From the NCBI GenBank assembly GCA_963822405.1, contig CAWGHH010000002.1, positions 198,002 to 262,001 on the forward strand: DNA of 64,000 nt, in the 5' to 3' direction. The stretch comes from Candidatus Uhrbacteria bacterium (GTDB taxonomy: Bacteria > Patescibacteriota > Patescibacteriia > UBA9934). Below are positions 8,701 through 17,246 of this stretch, piece by piece. Numbering within the stretch: the stretch's first letter is position 1; each line of letters opens with the position of its first letter. The translations under genes were made by a program, and so were the position numbers. The notes below the pieces were generated by a model that saw only the letters and a list, made by a program, of their open reading frames with translations, was not told where the DNA came from and searched no databases.

Positions 8701-11359
8701 GTTTGTCTTTAACGAAGATGCCGTTCCGAACGTTTCGGTTGACGGAGTGTATTTTGATGGCCAGTCTTACATTGTGCCTGGATATTCCCTGGGCGGTTCA
8801 AACGCCACTGCAAACCTGGATTTGTCTGAACGAGAACTCCGTGTTGCGGTCAGTACGGATAAGGCTGAATATGAACCGGGGGAGAAAGTTATTCTATCCC
8901 TTCGCGTTACTGATGTGAACGGAAAACCGGCGACGTCTGCTGTAAATGTGAACCTTGTTGATGAAGCTTTCTACGCGTTACAAGAAGAAGCGGTAAATCC
9001 GCTTGGCTCGCTGTACCAAAATCTTGGTAGCGGTTTAGCTTTTGTAGGCGAAACACATAAGTATCGTTCGCTTGCAGGTTTAGATAACGGCGGTGAAGGC
9101 GGAGGTTGTTTCTTGCCGGGCACCAGGATTATGCTTGAAAATGGCAGAGAGAAATCCATTGAGGACATTAAAGTTGGGGACCGCATTCTCACAAAAGCGT
9201 CAGAACGATCAGATAAGCTTGTTGGTGCGACGGTGAAACAGGTGTTTGTTCATGACGTGAATGAATACATGGTCTTGAATGGCAAAATCCGGGTTACTCC
9301 CATCCACCGGATGTTTGTGAATTACGGCTGGCAGCCAATTGGGGAGGCTAAGCTTGGCGATGTGCTACTTGGTGCCAACGGTGAGATGGTGCCAATTGCT
9401 TCCATTGAATGGGTGCGTGAACCGGTGACAGTCTATAACTTTGAGGTTGAAGGGCTGCATACCTATATTGCCGATGGTGTCTACGTTCATAATGACAAGG
9501 GCGGTGTTCGGGAAGATTTTGCGGACACAGCGCTCTTTGAATCCGTGAGGACAGATGCAAATGGCCAGGCTACGCTCACCTTTGAGTTGCCGGACAATAT
9601 TACTTCTTGGCGTGTCACAGCGCAGGCCATTAGCCCTGACCTTTATGCAGGTGCCGGGGTGACTCCGATCCGTTCTACAAAACCGGTGTTTGCTGACGCG
9701 GTCATTGCCTCTGAATATCTGGCTTCAGATAAGCCTGAGATTAAAGTCCGCGCTTACGGCACTGCGCTCACAAATGATAGCCGGGTGAATTTTGAGGTCT
9801 CGTCAGAAAGTCTTAAGATTAATGAGTCATTTACAGAAAAGGCGTACGCTTCAAAGTATGTAAGCCTTGGAGATCTTTCTGGCCGCACTGGATCTCATGA
9901 CGTTCTAGTTTCCGCTAAGTCCGGAGCGTATGCTGACGCCCTTAAGCGGACCACGAGCGTTGTAGAATCCCGCATCATGCAGACGGAAGAATCTGTAGAA
10001 ACGGTTACGGATACCACCTCACTTGCGGACAAGGCAGGAGTTGAACTGATCTTCACTGACGCCTCAAGAGGAAAATATTATCAGAACGTTAGAAGTCTTC
10101 AGTACACAAGCGGCGGCAGGGCAGACCAGCTCTCAGCCAGCATTTTGAGCCAGCAACTTCTTGCTGACTACTTTGGCGGAACTAAGCTGTCAGATGCGGA
10201 TCTGACGGCGTATACGACTACAAATGGCTTGATTGCGCTCTTACCGTATGCTGACGGAGATCTGGCACTTACCGCTAAGATAGTTACGGCTGATCCAGAA
10301 CTGGTGGACGGCTATACACTGTCATCAACGCTCCGCGGAATTCTTGACTCTAAAAAATCAACCAATGAAGAGATTGCTCAGGCGCTGTTGGGACTGGCGG
10401 CTCTTGGCGAACCGATCTTAATTCCAATTCAAAACTTGGCCCGGCTTGAAGACCAGTCAGTAACAACCAGGCTCTACACGGCCATGGCTCTGGCGGAAAT
10501 CGGTGACCGTGAGAATGCGAGAGACATATTCGTTGACCTTCTCCGCGATTATGGTGAGAAGACGGACGCATATACTCGCCTAAAATTTTCATCTGACGCA
10601 GAGACGCTGGAAGTGACGGCGCTAGGAACAGTACTTGCAGCCATGGTTCAGGATCCACACATGGAGAAACTTTGGACATACACAAGTACCGTTTATGTGA
10701 AGAATGTCATTACCCCACTTGAGCGCGCGCTCTATCTGGGTGAGGTAATACCAGCGCTTCCGGTGTCGGACACCTCATTTGAACTTGCTGTAAAGGGAAA
10801 GTCTGTCACTATCGATCTCTCAAATGGCAAAACCTATAGCCTACGACTAACGGAAGACCAGGCTACAAGCGCGAACATTCGTTCCGTGAAGGGATCTGCT
10901 GTCCTAACAACGTCACGGCGGGTGGAGAGTAATGGAACCGAAAGGGATGAACTGGTGTCACTCACGCGTGAGTACCGTAATCTCCAGGGACAGGCGGTTA
11001 CTGAGTTTAAAGAAGGGGACGTGATAGAAGTACGCATCGCCACCTCCTTTAGTGGTTCAGCTCCTGACGGGGCGTATCAGATTACAGACCTTGTTCCAAG
11101 CGGACTGACGCCTGTCACTCAGCCGCGCCGTTACAGTAGCCCAAATAAGAACTCAACAGTTTTGCGGCCGTATTCGCTTCAGGGGCAGACGGCAAAGTTC
11201 ATGTATTACAAAGGACAGTACAACAATCGCACATTCAGTTATTACTTGCGCGTGACCTCAATTGGTGAATATACCGCCGAGCCTGCACTGATTGAATATG
11301 CGAACGCGCCGACTATCCGTAGCTTCTCGGAAAACGGGGCCTTAAAGATCACCAGATAG
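5786..11359 (+). CDS. Giant membrane-anchored protein (1857 aa) with an anti-sigma-factor-like N-terminus, an alpha-2-macroglobulin-like MG-domain body without thioester, and an inserted Hint/BIL domain
   Basis: The gene is translationally coupled to the ECF sigma gene by an 11-nt overlap. About 90 cytoplasmic residues are followed by a single transmembrane segment (AAVAFVVLVSVVVGS) and a large extracytoplasmic part. A2M-family hallmarks include YTDRSMYQPTDTISFWGFVQGRNG (MG2-like, nt about 7451-7520). They also include DKAEYEPGEKVILSLRVTDVNGKPATSAVNVNLVDEAF (nt about 8858-8960) and REDFADTALFESVRTDANGQATLTFELPDNITSWRVTAQAIS (MG6 motif, nt about 9500-9630). The C-terminus has an A2M-receptor-like TDLVPSGLTP. 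No CxEQ thioester motif is present. Confidence 0.75.
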   Translation: MMNKKRAEELENALNSGENAVERNNSKLQPLLEVDELLTKHVYPDEEPRSDFKERLLASIASERTARSNRMKLPKFSLPHVRFAVPLRWSAAVAFVVLVSVVVGSTGLFPFGGSRLGDFSRLIIDEAYAQDNFAITPTDGDTTGVNGASGFTITSHVDISLEDLRNNIRISPETAFNLTAVDANTFFLEPLTDLQGGRVYTVTVDASYQNSSGQLSERNYSWAFQVKDLFKVLHTVPRDLSSGVPTDTGIEFTFSYQNVEGLKDAFSITPQVDGRFETHGKTVVFVPSTRLSPATIYHVSLADSVRVTGSVEKLLEPVSFQFETSSGSSQSHFSIQEPMLEFATSDQVVIPVYSSEKAKSTISTKVYAFKSADQFTDALRERTEIPVWARASRGAHTVKTTNLSEVSTSEASIQTVGYQNFVPLPDELGAGLYLVELREGAYASQVLIQITDLAVYSAVTSTDTIVWVNDTSTRGAVQNAKIASLDGRLNASTNVEGVAVLNGAAMLEGVQHPWNVNEYITVTAGNKLTVVQIGKSTNYYYIDTEYTKDQYWDYLYTDRSMYQPTDTISFWGFVQGRNGSTPGTVRVTLATQSYYDDAGETIPLYEETLPVVGGAYTGSTSFSRLTSGSYVLNVYQNETQIGSRYIRVNEYEKPAYQLSIEPEKKAGFATESFAYTVDASFFEGTPVSSLPLSAKSSNRSTISPQLTTTLDQDGKGTLTFKTKSQTCAFDKSCSLYTYGSVSVQPTLAEEADIVASAPQIVFNSRVTAGVSVERSDSQLITTTVDAFNIDLLKINKSGGSYYREEDYRGSLASGVLIRGQITETSYSRVQTGEVYDFINKVHYPKYRYDRQEKIVDTFNGTTGADGSFAVTYQGAEDKSYSVEVILQDKQGGEHLLSGWNYANERFREWREYDYYNIARVKETNAFRLGETAEFAFQKNGEPVVADADDSFLFLKLKEGLIDHEVSRDSLYSFVFNEDAVPNVSVDGVYFDGQSYIVPGYSLGGSNATANLDLSERELRVAVSTDKAEYEPGEKVILSLRVTDVNGKPATSAVNVNLVDEAFYALQEEAVNPLGSLYQNLGSGLAFVGETHKYRSLAGLDNGGEGGGCFLPGTRIMLENGREKSIEDIKVGDRILTKASERSDKLVGATVKQVFVHDVNEYMVLNGKIRVTPIHRMFVNYGWQPIGEAKLGDVLLGANGEMVPIASIEWVREPVTVYNFEVEGLHTYIADGVYVHNDKGGVREDFADTALFESVRTDANGQATLTFELPDNITSWRVTAQAISPDLYAGAGVTPIRSTKPVFADAVIASEYLASDKPEIKVRAYGTALTNDSRVNFEVSSESLKINESFTEKAYASKYVSLGDLSGRTGSHDVLVSAKSGAYADALKRTTSVVESRIMQTEESVETVTDTTSLADKAGVELIFTDASRGKYYQNVRSLQYTSGGRADQLSASILSQQLLADYFGGTKLSDADLTAYTTTNGLIALLPYADGDLALTAKIVTADPELVDGYTLSSTLRGILDSKKSTNEEIAQALLGLAALGEPILIPIQNLARLEDQSVTTRLYTAMALAEIGDRENARDIFVDLLRDYGEKTDAYTRLKFSSDAETLEVTALGTVLAAMVQDPHMEKLWTYTSTVYVKNVITPLERALYLGEVIPALPVSDTSFELAVKGKSVTIDLSNGKTYSLRLTEDQATSANIRSVKGSAVLTTSRRVESNGTERDELVSLTREYRNLQGQAVTEFKEGDVIEVRIATSFSGSAPDGAYQITDLVPSGLTPVTQPRRYSSPNKNSTVLRPYSLQGQTAKFMYYKGQYNNRTFSYYLRVTSIGEYTAEPALIEYANAPTIRSFSENGALKITR
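9107..9493 (+). other. Hint (Hedgehog/intein) domain of bacterial-intein-like (BIL) type embedded in the giant protein
   Basis: Residues 1108-1236 begin GGEGGG-CFLPGTRIML and include ...TVYNFEVEGLHTYIADGVYVHN. Cys1, an intein block-F-like VYNFEVEG.HTY and a terminal His-Asn are all present. The +1 residue is Asp, so canonical protein splicing is not expected. This matches the description of A-type BIL domains. Confidence 0.7.
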
Positions 11360-11361
11360 AT

Positions 11362-12102
11362 ATGAAGGCAACAAAGAGAGGGCTGCTAATCATGCTAGTC
11401 CCTCTTTTTGTTATTTCGAGTATCTTTTTCTTACGAGACTCGCCAAAGACCGCTGCCGTGCGAGGGGTGATTCTGCCTCATCACTTAGTAGCGGGTGACA
11501 TGCTCACTGAAGTGTTAGAGACAATTGATACAAAAACAATTAAACGCATCATTCTCATCGGACCAAATCACTCTGAGCGCGGAGAGTACACCGCGCTGGC
11601 GGCTGGCGTGGAGCAAGAACTCTTTGCGGAGTTACAAAAGGAAGGGATTATTCTGCGCGATGATGCGGGCGTAATGGATGACCATGCCATCACCATGCCT
11701 CTCTCATATCTTCAAGAGGCGATTCCGCAGGCAAAGATATTGTCCATCATTCTGAGTGAGAACCAGTCGATTGAGCGTCTCAAAGAACTCGGCCAACGTC
11801 TGGCTCCGGATGAAGAAACACTCATTGTGGCATCAATTGATTTTTCACATTATCTCTCGCTAGACCAGGCAAACAAAAACGATGAAATCACTAGTGCTCT
11901 AATTGCTTCTCGTGACTACGCCGGACTGTATGAACTGAATAGCGATTATATTGACTCAAGCTCTTCCATCATTGTCTTTCTTACTGCTATGGATGCCGTA
12001 GGAGCCACCGATGGGCGCATAATCAACCACAGCAACTCCGCTCTCATCCTAGATGCCAGTTATGAGTACACTACGAGTTATTTTACAATGATGTTTCGAT
12101 GA
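11362..12102 (+). CDS. Memo-like / AmmeMemoRadiSam system protein B family
   Basis: Motifs in MEMO1 order are present: GVILPHH..AG (for AIIAPHAGY), RIILIGPNHS (for ILGPSHH), DDHAITMPLSYL (for DEHSIEMHLPY) and SIDFSHY (for SSDFCHWG). There is an N-terminal signal or transmembrane segment. The gene starts 2 nt after the giant gene's stop. Confidence 0.65.
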   Translation: MKATKRGLLIMLVPLFVISSIFFLRDSPKTAAVRGVILPHHLVAGDMLTEVLETIDTKTIKRIILIGPNHSERGEYTALAAGVEQELFAELQKEGIILRDDAGVMDDHAITMPLSYLQEAIPQAKILSIILSENQSIERLKELGQRLAPDEETLIVASIDFSHYLSLDQANKNDEITSALIASRDYAGLYELNSDYIDSSSSIIVFLTAMDAVGATDGRIINHSNSALILDASYEYTTSYFTMMFR

Positions 12103-12111
12103 GAAAGGTAT

Positions 12112-12333
12112 TTACCCTGTCTTTTTATGGTCTTTGTATTCAACCCGCCAGGTCAACCCAGGTTTAACTTCAGCTATGGCCGGGAGAAGATGATTAAGCA
12201 CCTGTTCCGCGGTCATTTTGAACTTTCTGCCTTTTGCAGAGATCTTGACCCAACCGTCTTTTTCTCTAAAGTATGTTTCGGTGAAATTCTTCGTGCCCAT
12301 TGAAATTATGTAGCTATCGTTGGTAAGTTTCAT
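12112..12333 (-). CDS. Hypothetical protein (73 aa)
   Basis: ORF track only. It sits alone on the minus strand between + strand genes. Confidence 0.3.
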   Translation of the reverse strand: MKLTNDSYIISMGTKNFTETYFREKDGWVKISAKGRKFKMTAEQVLNHLLPAIAEVKPGLTWRVEYKDHKKTG

Positions 12334-12402
12334 ATTCGTTAACGTACTGTAGACACTAGCATGTGTCCATGTATACTTTGTTAAATTATTACAAAACTAT
12401 TT

Positions 12403-12825
12403 ATGCAGGTAAATTACTTAGCGATTCTGGTTGCATCATTACTTCAGTTTATGTTTGGCGCGGTATGGTATACGCCGGTGTTTGGAAAAGTGTGGGGCAA
12501 GATTCATGGTTTTGATAAGGTTCCAAAAGAGAAACAACTAGAGATGATGAAGAAGATGCCACCGCTACTTGGTATGCAGTTTGTAGTCACTATTATCACT
12601 ACCGTTGTGTTAGCTGTATTGCTGGCGGGAACTGAGAGAACTTGGAATGCTTATGCTCTTGCTGGTCTTTGTTGGCTGGGCTTTATTCTCCCTACGCAGG
12701 TCAGCGCTGTACTTTTTGGTGGCACTGAACCAAAGTGGATTGTGACGAAAATTTTAATCATGGCTGGTGGTGCACTTGGTTGCCTGATGATTGCCACGGC
12801 CGTGTTGAGCGCAATGCCAGCGTAA
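12403..12825 (+). CDS. DUF1761 family membrane protein
   Basis: MQVNYLAILVASLLQFMFGAVWYTPVFGKVW... matches the DUF1761 N-terminal signature, with 3-4 predicted transmembrane segments. Confidence 0.6.
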   Translation: MQVNYLAILVASLLQFMFGAVWYTPVFGKVWGKIHGFDKVPKEKQLEMMKKMPPLLGMQFVVTIITTVVLAVLLAGTERTWNAYALAGLCWLGFILPTQVSAVLFGGTEPKWIVTKILIMAGGALGCLMIATAVLSAMPA

Positions 12826-12829
12826 GACT

Positions 12830-13438
12830 ATGAGAAAAATTATCACGACCACTTTTGTCACACTTGACGGCGTCATGCAGGCTCCTGGCGGGCCAACGGA
12901 GGACACATCGGGCGGGTTCGAATATGGCGGGTGGCAACTGGCTTTTCCTCAAGATGAGGTGCTGACTCCTATTCTCGACGGATTCTTTGGTATTCCGTTC
13001 GAGCTTCTCTTAGGTAAGACCACCTACGATATTTTTGCCGGATTCTGGCCCACCGCAACAACGGACCTAGAGGTAGCCGCTCCATTTAATACGACGAAAA
13101 AATATGTCGTGTCGGCGGAGGCTTTCGAGCCTACCTGGAACAACTCTATCTGCATCACCGGCGATGACGTTGTAGAGCAGATTCAGAAACTCAAAGAACA
13201 AGACGGTCCTGACTTATGGGTGTGGGGGAGCGGGAATCTCATTCAGACTTTGCTCAAGCATCATTTGGTCGACAGAATGCATCTCTGGATCCATCCCATC
13301 ACTCTTGGACAGGGTAAGCGATTGTTCGCAGCGGGTACACAGGCAGAGAGCCTGAAACTCGTCGATGCCAAAATCGGACCAACCGGCCTGATATTTGCTA
13401 CCTACGAACCAGCGGGCAAGCTTAAGGCTAAGGTATAA
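12830..13438 (+). CDS. Dihydrofolate reductase family protein (RibD C-terminal-like, YwjB-type)
   Basis: [22 protein letters not shown]... and ...[37 protein letters not shown] fit the bacterial deaminase-reductase C-terminal domain. Confidence 0.8.
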   Translation: MRKIITTTFVTLDGVMQAPGGPTEDTSGGFEYGGWQLAFPQDEVLTPILDGFFGIPFELLLGKTTYDIFAGFWPTATTDLEVAAPFNTTKKYVVSAEAFEPTWNNSICITGDDVVEQIQKLKEQDGPDLWVWGSGNLIQTLLKHHLVDRMHLWIHPITLGQGKRLFAAGTQAESLKLVDAKIGPTGLIFATYEPAGKLKAKV

Positions 13439-13448
13439 GAAATTCATT

Positions 13449-13808
13449 ATGATAAAGGGGAACCGACAGCTCCACAAAATGAGTTTTGCCCGCATCTATC
13501 CTCTTTATATTGCAAAAGCGGAGAGGAAGGGGCGCACCAAGTCAGAGGTGGATGAAGTCATTCGTTGGCTGGCGGGATATACCCAGAAAGGACTGGAATC
13601 ACAGATCGAGAAAGAGTCTGACCTTGAGACGTTCTTTGCGAATGCTCCGAAGCTTAACCCTTCGCGTTCCTTGATTAAGGGCGTCATTTGTGGTGTACGC
13701 ATTGAGGAGATCGAAGACCCACTCATGCGAGAGATCCGCTATATGGATAAGCTTATCGATGAACTGGCAAAGGGAAGAGCGATGGAAAAGATTTTGCGAA
13801 AGGAATAA
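13449..13808 (+). CDS. DUF2200 family protein
   Basis: [34 protein letters not shown] is the DUF2200 signature. Track ORF 13395..13808 overlaps the upstream gene, so the start was moved to the first ATG after it. Confidence 0.65.
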   Translation: MIKGNRQLHKMSFARIYPLYIAKAERKGRTKSEVDEVIRWLAGYTQKGLESQIEKESDLETFFANAPKLNPSRSLIKGVICGVRIEEIEDPLMREIRYMDKLIDELAKGRAMEKILRKE

Positions 13809-13815
13809 TTACGCT

Positions 13816-14016
13816 ATGACTAAAGCACTTTCGGCAGGCACGGTACACACGATGCCGGCAGATCTAGATAGAGCACTTTTTTCTAATCAAAAGGCGATTC
13901 AAAAATGGGAGGATCTCACGCCCCTCGCGCGCAACGAATGGATCTGTTGGGTGACCTTCGTCAAGCAAGACAAAACGAGAATAGAGCATATCAAAAGGAA
14001 CCATCAGTCAACTTAA
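13816..14016 (+). CDS. YdeI/OmpD-associated family protein (66 aa)
   Basis: Track ORF 13690..14016 overlaps the upstream gene. The internal ATG at 13816 gives MTKALSAGTVHTMPADLDRALFSNQKAIQKWEDLTPLARNEWICWVTFVKQDKTR, a YdeI/OmpD-associated signature. Confidence 0.55.
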   Translation: MTKALSAGTVHTMPADLDRALFSNQKAIQKWEDLTPLARNEWICWVTFVKQDKTRIEHIKRNHQST

Positions 14017-14137
14017 GGAAGGGAAGCGTCGGCCGTGTTGTTGGATAGGATGTATCCATCGTAAGGACAAGAAGGTGAGTCTTTCGGTGCAGGGGATACT
14101 TAGCAGCCGGTCTAAGAAAAAGTAAGTTTGCGGAAAT

Positions 14138-14533
14138 ATGCCAAACGACATTGAAAAATATAATGCCTCGCAGTCTGCTGATTACAAGAAGATGTGTGAC
14201 AAGCTCAAAGAGGTATTTGATCAGGAACTCAAAAAAGCCGAAAGCAAGGTGTGGCACGGTAGTCCGGTGTGGTTTCTCGAGGGTAATCCGGTGGTGGGCT
14301 ATAGCGTGAGAAAAAACGGGATTCAACTCCTGTTTTGGAGCGGACAGTCGTTTGAAGGGATCGGCTTGAGTCCCGAGGGATCGTTTAAGGCAGCTGAGAT
14401 GCATTACGTGAACCTTGAAGATATTAAGGTGACCGCGCTTCGTGGTTGGCTGAAACAGGCCAAACGTGTGCAATGGGATTATAAAAATATTGTGAAAAAT
14501 AAAGGCAAACTATCAAAAATAGGGAGTTGGTAA
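14138..14533 (+). CDS. DUF1801 domain protein (YdhG-like)
   Basis: The pattern Y.....DYKKMCDKLKEVFDQEL....KVWHGSPVWFLEGNPVVGYS...GIQLLFW is characteristic of DUF1801. Confidence 0.55.
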   Translation: MPNDIEKYNASQSADYKKMCDKLKEVFDQELKKAESKVWHGSPVWFLEGNPVVGYSVRKNGIQLLFWSGQSFEGIGLSPEGSFKAAEMHYVNLEDIKVTALRGWLKQAKRVQWDYKNIVKNKGKLSKIGSW

Positions 14534-14594
14534 ATTGAGCTATTGCCCATAAAGGCGGGATAATTTATTCTATAGGTACTTAATTATTTGTGCT

Positions 14595-14999
14595 ATGAAA
14601 AAGCTTTCTCTGCTCGTTCCAGCATTTGCAATCGTTCTCTTGGGCGCAGGTTGTGCTTCGTCAGCTCCAACCTCGACATCATCAACGTCTGGAAGTGCGA
14701 AGGTGGCTGATAAAGGTGTAGCCTTGCCAGCAGACTTTCCTAAGGAGATCCCGGTTTATAAGAGCGCTACCATTGATGGAGCCACCGCAGATTCTTTGGA
14801 CTTGATCAGTTCTGATAGCATGGAAACAGTTTACGCTTGGTACTCGAGCGAACTAACTGCGGCCGGTTGGAAGAACACAGCCGAGAATAAGGCTAAGAGC
14901 ATCTCCGCAGTTTGGGAGAAAGGCAATCAGTCCATGCCAATCAGCATCTACACTTCTGGCGGTAGCACTTACATCGGTGTTTCGCTGTCTACCTACTAA
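14595..14999 (+). CDS. Lipoprotein, function unknown
   Basis: A signal peptide with lipobox LLGAGC-AS is followed by a Ser/Thr-rich linker. Confidence 0.6.
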   Translation: MKKLSLLVPAFAIVLLGAGCASSAPTSTSSTSGSAKVADKGVALPADFPKEIPVYKSATIDGATADSLDLISSDSMETVYAWYSSELTAAGWKNTAENKAKSISAVWEKGNQSMPISIYTSGGSTYIGVSLSTY

Positions 15000-15021
15000 T
15001 CAATTGAACCTAAGTCGCAAA

Positions 15022-15047
15022 GCCTCAGAAGAAATTCTGGGGTTTTG
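15022..15047 (+). terminator. Rho-independent terminator
   Basis: The hairpin agcctcagaagaaattctgggg is followed by ttttgt. A related copy, aagcctcagcagcaa...ctggggttttgt, lies at about 16103-16170. Confidence 0.5.
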
Positions 15048-15067
15048 TGTGATTACTCCAGCTATAT

Positions 15068-16084
15068 ATGGGAAAACAAGAATTTTCAATGGTATCTCGT
15101 GAGACAGCTGAGATCAAGCGACCATTTCCATTGGTGCAAGATTTATTTAGTTTTGCCGAGAAACATAATATTACTTCTGCTGGTATCGGTGCTCAGGCTG
15201 GTGACGAGTATGTAACCATGCCCTTGCCTGAAGAGTACCGACCACTCGTAGAAGCATTTCCTGGAAAATATTTTGTTACAGCGTATGAGGATAGACGAGA
15301 CTCATATTACAAAGAGAACACTAGACACCAACTTGTACGGCTTTCTACCGTTCAGCGTCGTGAGGATTCAGACGCACGGACACGAGAGATGGATTTGAAG
15401 TTAGCCAGCGGAGGTCGAGCGGATAGAATTGAAGTGAGGGTCAGAGAGGCGGTGAAAGACCAGGCCTTCGAGCAGATAAATAAGGCAACTGGCGAGCAGA
15501 TTGAGCAACCCCATGGTGAGGCGAGATATACGTATGAACTTGATGAAAATGGTAAACAATACCCAAAGAAACTGGAATATAGTCGTCTTGATGAGGGATT
15601 ATTTGATTTAGGTGGCAAATCTAAACCGGTTCGATGGGTGCGCAGACTAAATATCGATAAAAATCCGGGAGCGCCAGATGCATTTCAATATCAGGATATG
15701 TATATTATTGGTCGAAATGAAGGAGCAACTAAAGATCAGCGTGCGGAGATAAAAGTGACTCTCGCTGGTGACTTATCAAACCCAAAAACACTGCTTGTTG
15801 AGATTGGTTTCGGTTCGTCTGATTCCGCTAAAGTAATATTTGAAGATAAGAAAAGAGGTTTCAAGTTTGTGATCCATACATTGAATCCGCGAGATCGGCC
15901 TCTTGAAATACTGAAGGATGACGTAGTTTATGCCGAATTATTAAAGGATAAGCCTAATGTAGACGTATTTATTCAGCTTCTCCAGCATAAGATTGAGATG
16001 TTACAGGACGAATGGGACAAGCCTCAGAGTGTCTACAGCGACAGTCGTGTTATCACCGAACAGCACAAGCAAATCGATTCGTAA
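15068..16084 (+). CDS. Hypothetical protein (338 aa)
   Basis: Long ORF with no recognisable family. Confidence 0.45.
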   Translation: MGKQEFSMVSRETAEIKRPFPLVQDLFSFAEKHNITSAGIGAQAGDEYVTMPLPEEYRPLVEAFPGKYFVTAYEDRRDSYYKENTRHQLVRLSTVQRREDSDARTREMDLKLASGGRADRIEVRVREAVKDQAFEQINKATGEQIEQPHGEARYTYELDENGKQYPKKLEYSRLDEGLFDLGGKSKPVRWVRRLNIDKNPGAPDAFQYQDMYIIGRNEGATKDQRAEIKVTLAGDLSNPKTLLVEIGFGSSDSAKVIFEDKKRGFKFVIHTLNPRDRPLEILKDDVVYAELLKDKPNVDVFIQLLQHKIEMLQDEWDKPQSVYSDSRVITEQHKQIDS

Positions 16085-16181
16085 ATTTGTTTGATATCAG
16101 TAAAGCCTCAGCAGCAATGTCCGCCTTCGCTCTGCGAGCTACGGACGGACAAGCTGGGGTTTTGTTATACTGAGCTTTGAT

Positions 16182-17243
16182 ATGAGCAATCGTGGGACAA
16201 TTCACACTTCGAGCGCGACCGTTGTGATGATGTTAGCGTTTTTGGTGATCTCTATATTTTTCGTTCCTGACCAAATTGTTAATGCGGAACTACCGATTGA
16301 TCAGCTGGTGACGTTGCCAGTAGCGGAAAACAATCCTGAAATACTTCCGATATTGGATACTAAGGCGTATGACTTGAAATTGCGCCAGCTCGCCCAGCTC
16401 AAAGAAGACGATGAGCCAGGTCTTTGGCCAGCGAAAGCGGTTTATCCTGAAGTCGACGCGTTGTTGCCGTTTAATCGAATTGTTGCCTACTACGGAAATT
16501 TTTACGCCAAAGGCATGGGGGTACTCGGTCAATATGCGCCCGATGAAGTGATTCGACGACTGAAAATTGAAATCGCCGCTTGGGAAACTGCAGACCCAAC
16601 TACGCCCGTAGTGCCAGCTATTGATTACATTGCCGTAACCGCTCAGCGGGATGCTGGGAAGGACGGCAAGTATCGTCGACGAATGCCTAGTTCGGAAATT
16701 GATAAAGCCGTAGCTATGGCTGATAAAGTTAACGGCATCGTTATTTTGGAAGTTCAGGCTGGGTTGTCAGATGTTATGGTCGAGGCGAAAGAACTCGAAC
16801 CGTATCTCTCGTTGCCGAACGTTCACCTCGCCATTGATCCAGAATTCGCCATGAAGAAATCTGGCTTGCGACCAGGTACAGCTGTCGGTACCGTCGACGC
16901 CGAAGAAATCAATGCAATATCTGGTTACTTGGCCTCGCTTGTCAAAGAGCATGAACTTCCGCCGAAGGTTTTGATTGTGCATCGATATACTCGCGCCATG
17001 GTGACTAACGCCGACAAGATCACCCCCCTCGCCCAAGTTCAATTCGTAATGGATATGGACGGGTGGGGACAGCCAGCAGCTAAAAAAGCTACTTATCAAG
17101 CCTATATCTATTCTCAACCTGTTCAATTTTCTGGGTTTAAACTGTTCTATCGAAACGACCGTCGGTACGCTGGATCAAGACTCCTCACTCCCGTAGAAAT
17201 TCTCAAACTAACCCCTCGGCCTTCGTTTATTCAGTATCAATAA
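16182..17243 (+). CDS. Hypothetical membrane-anchored or secreted protein (353 aa)
   Basis: An N-terminal hydrophobic segment VVMMLAFLVISIFFV is present. No recognisable catalytic motif. Confidence 0.45.
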   Translation: MSNRGTIHTSSATVVMMLAFLVISIFFVPDQIVNAELPIDQLVTLPVAENNPEILPILDTKAYDLKLRQLAQLKEDDEPGLWPAKAVYPEVDALLPFNRIVAYYGNFYAKGMGVLGQYAPDEVIRRLKIEIAAWETADPTTPVVPAIDYIAVTAQRDAGKDGKYRRRMPSSEIDKAVAMADKVNGIVILEVQAGLSDVMVEAKELEPYLSLPNVHLAIDPEFAMKKSGLRPGTAVGTVDAEEINAISGYLASLVKEHELPPKVLIVHRYTRAMVTNADKITPLAQVQFVMDMDGWGQPAAKKATYQAYIYSQPVQFSGFKLFYRNDRRYAGSRLLTPVEILKLTPRPSFIQYQ

Positions 17244-17246
17244 ACC

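Noticed and set aside
9107-9493. Canonical self-splicing intein in the giant protein
   Set aside because: The residue after the terminal His-Asn is Asp, not Cys/Ser/Thr. No homing-endonuclease insert is present. The host site is a variable surface protein rather than a conserved enzyme. A BIL-type Hint domain is the better interpretation.
5786-11359. Thioester-containing (CxEQ) alpha-2-macroglobulin
   Set aside because: No CxEQ motif is present. The only Cys in the C-terminal two-thirds is Cys1 of the Hint domain. If A2M-like, it is a thioester-less, YfaS-type form.
12905-12930. tRNA-like T-arm string gggttcgaatatggcgggtgg
   Set aside because: It lies inside the DHFR-family CDS (codons GGFEYGGW) with no acceptor or anticodon-stem context. 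No other tRNA-like sequence was seen in intergenic regions.
14017-14137. Possible riboswitch or leader upstream of the DUF1801 gene
   Set aside because: At 120 bp it is somewhat long, but I could not identify any known riboswitch consensus or a convincing terminator/antiterminator pair by eye.
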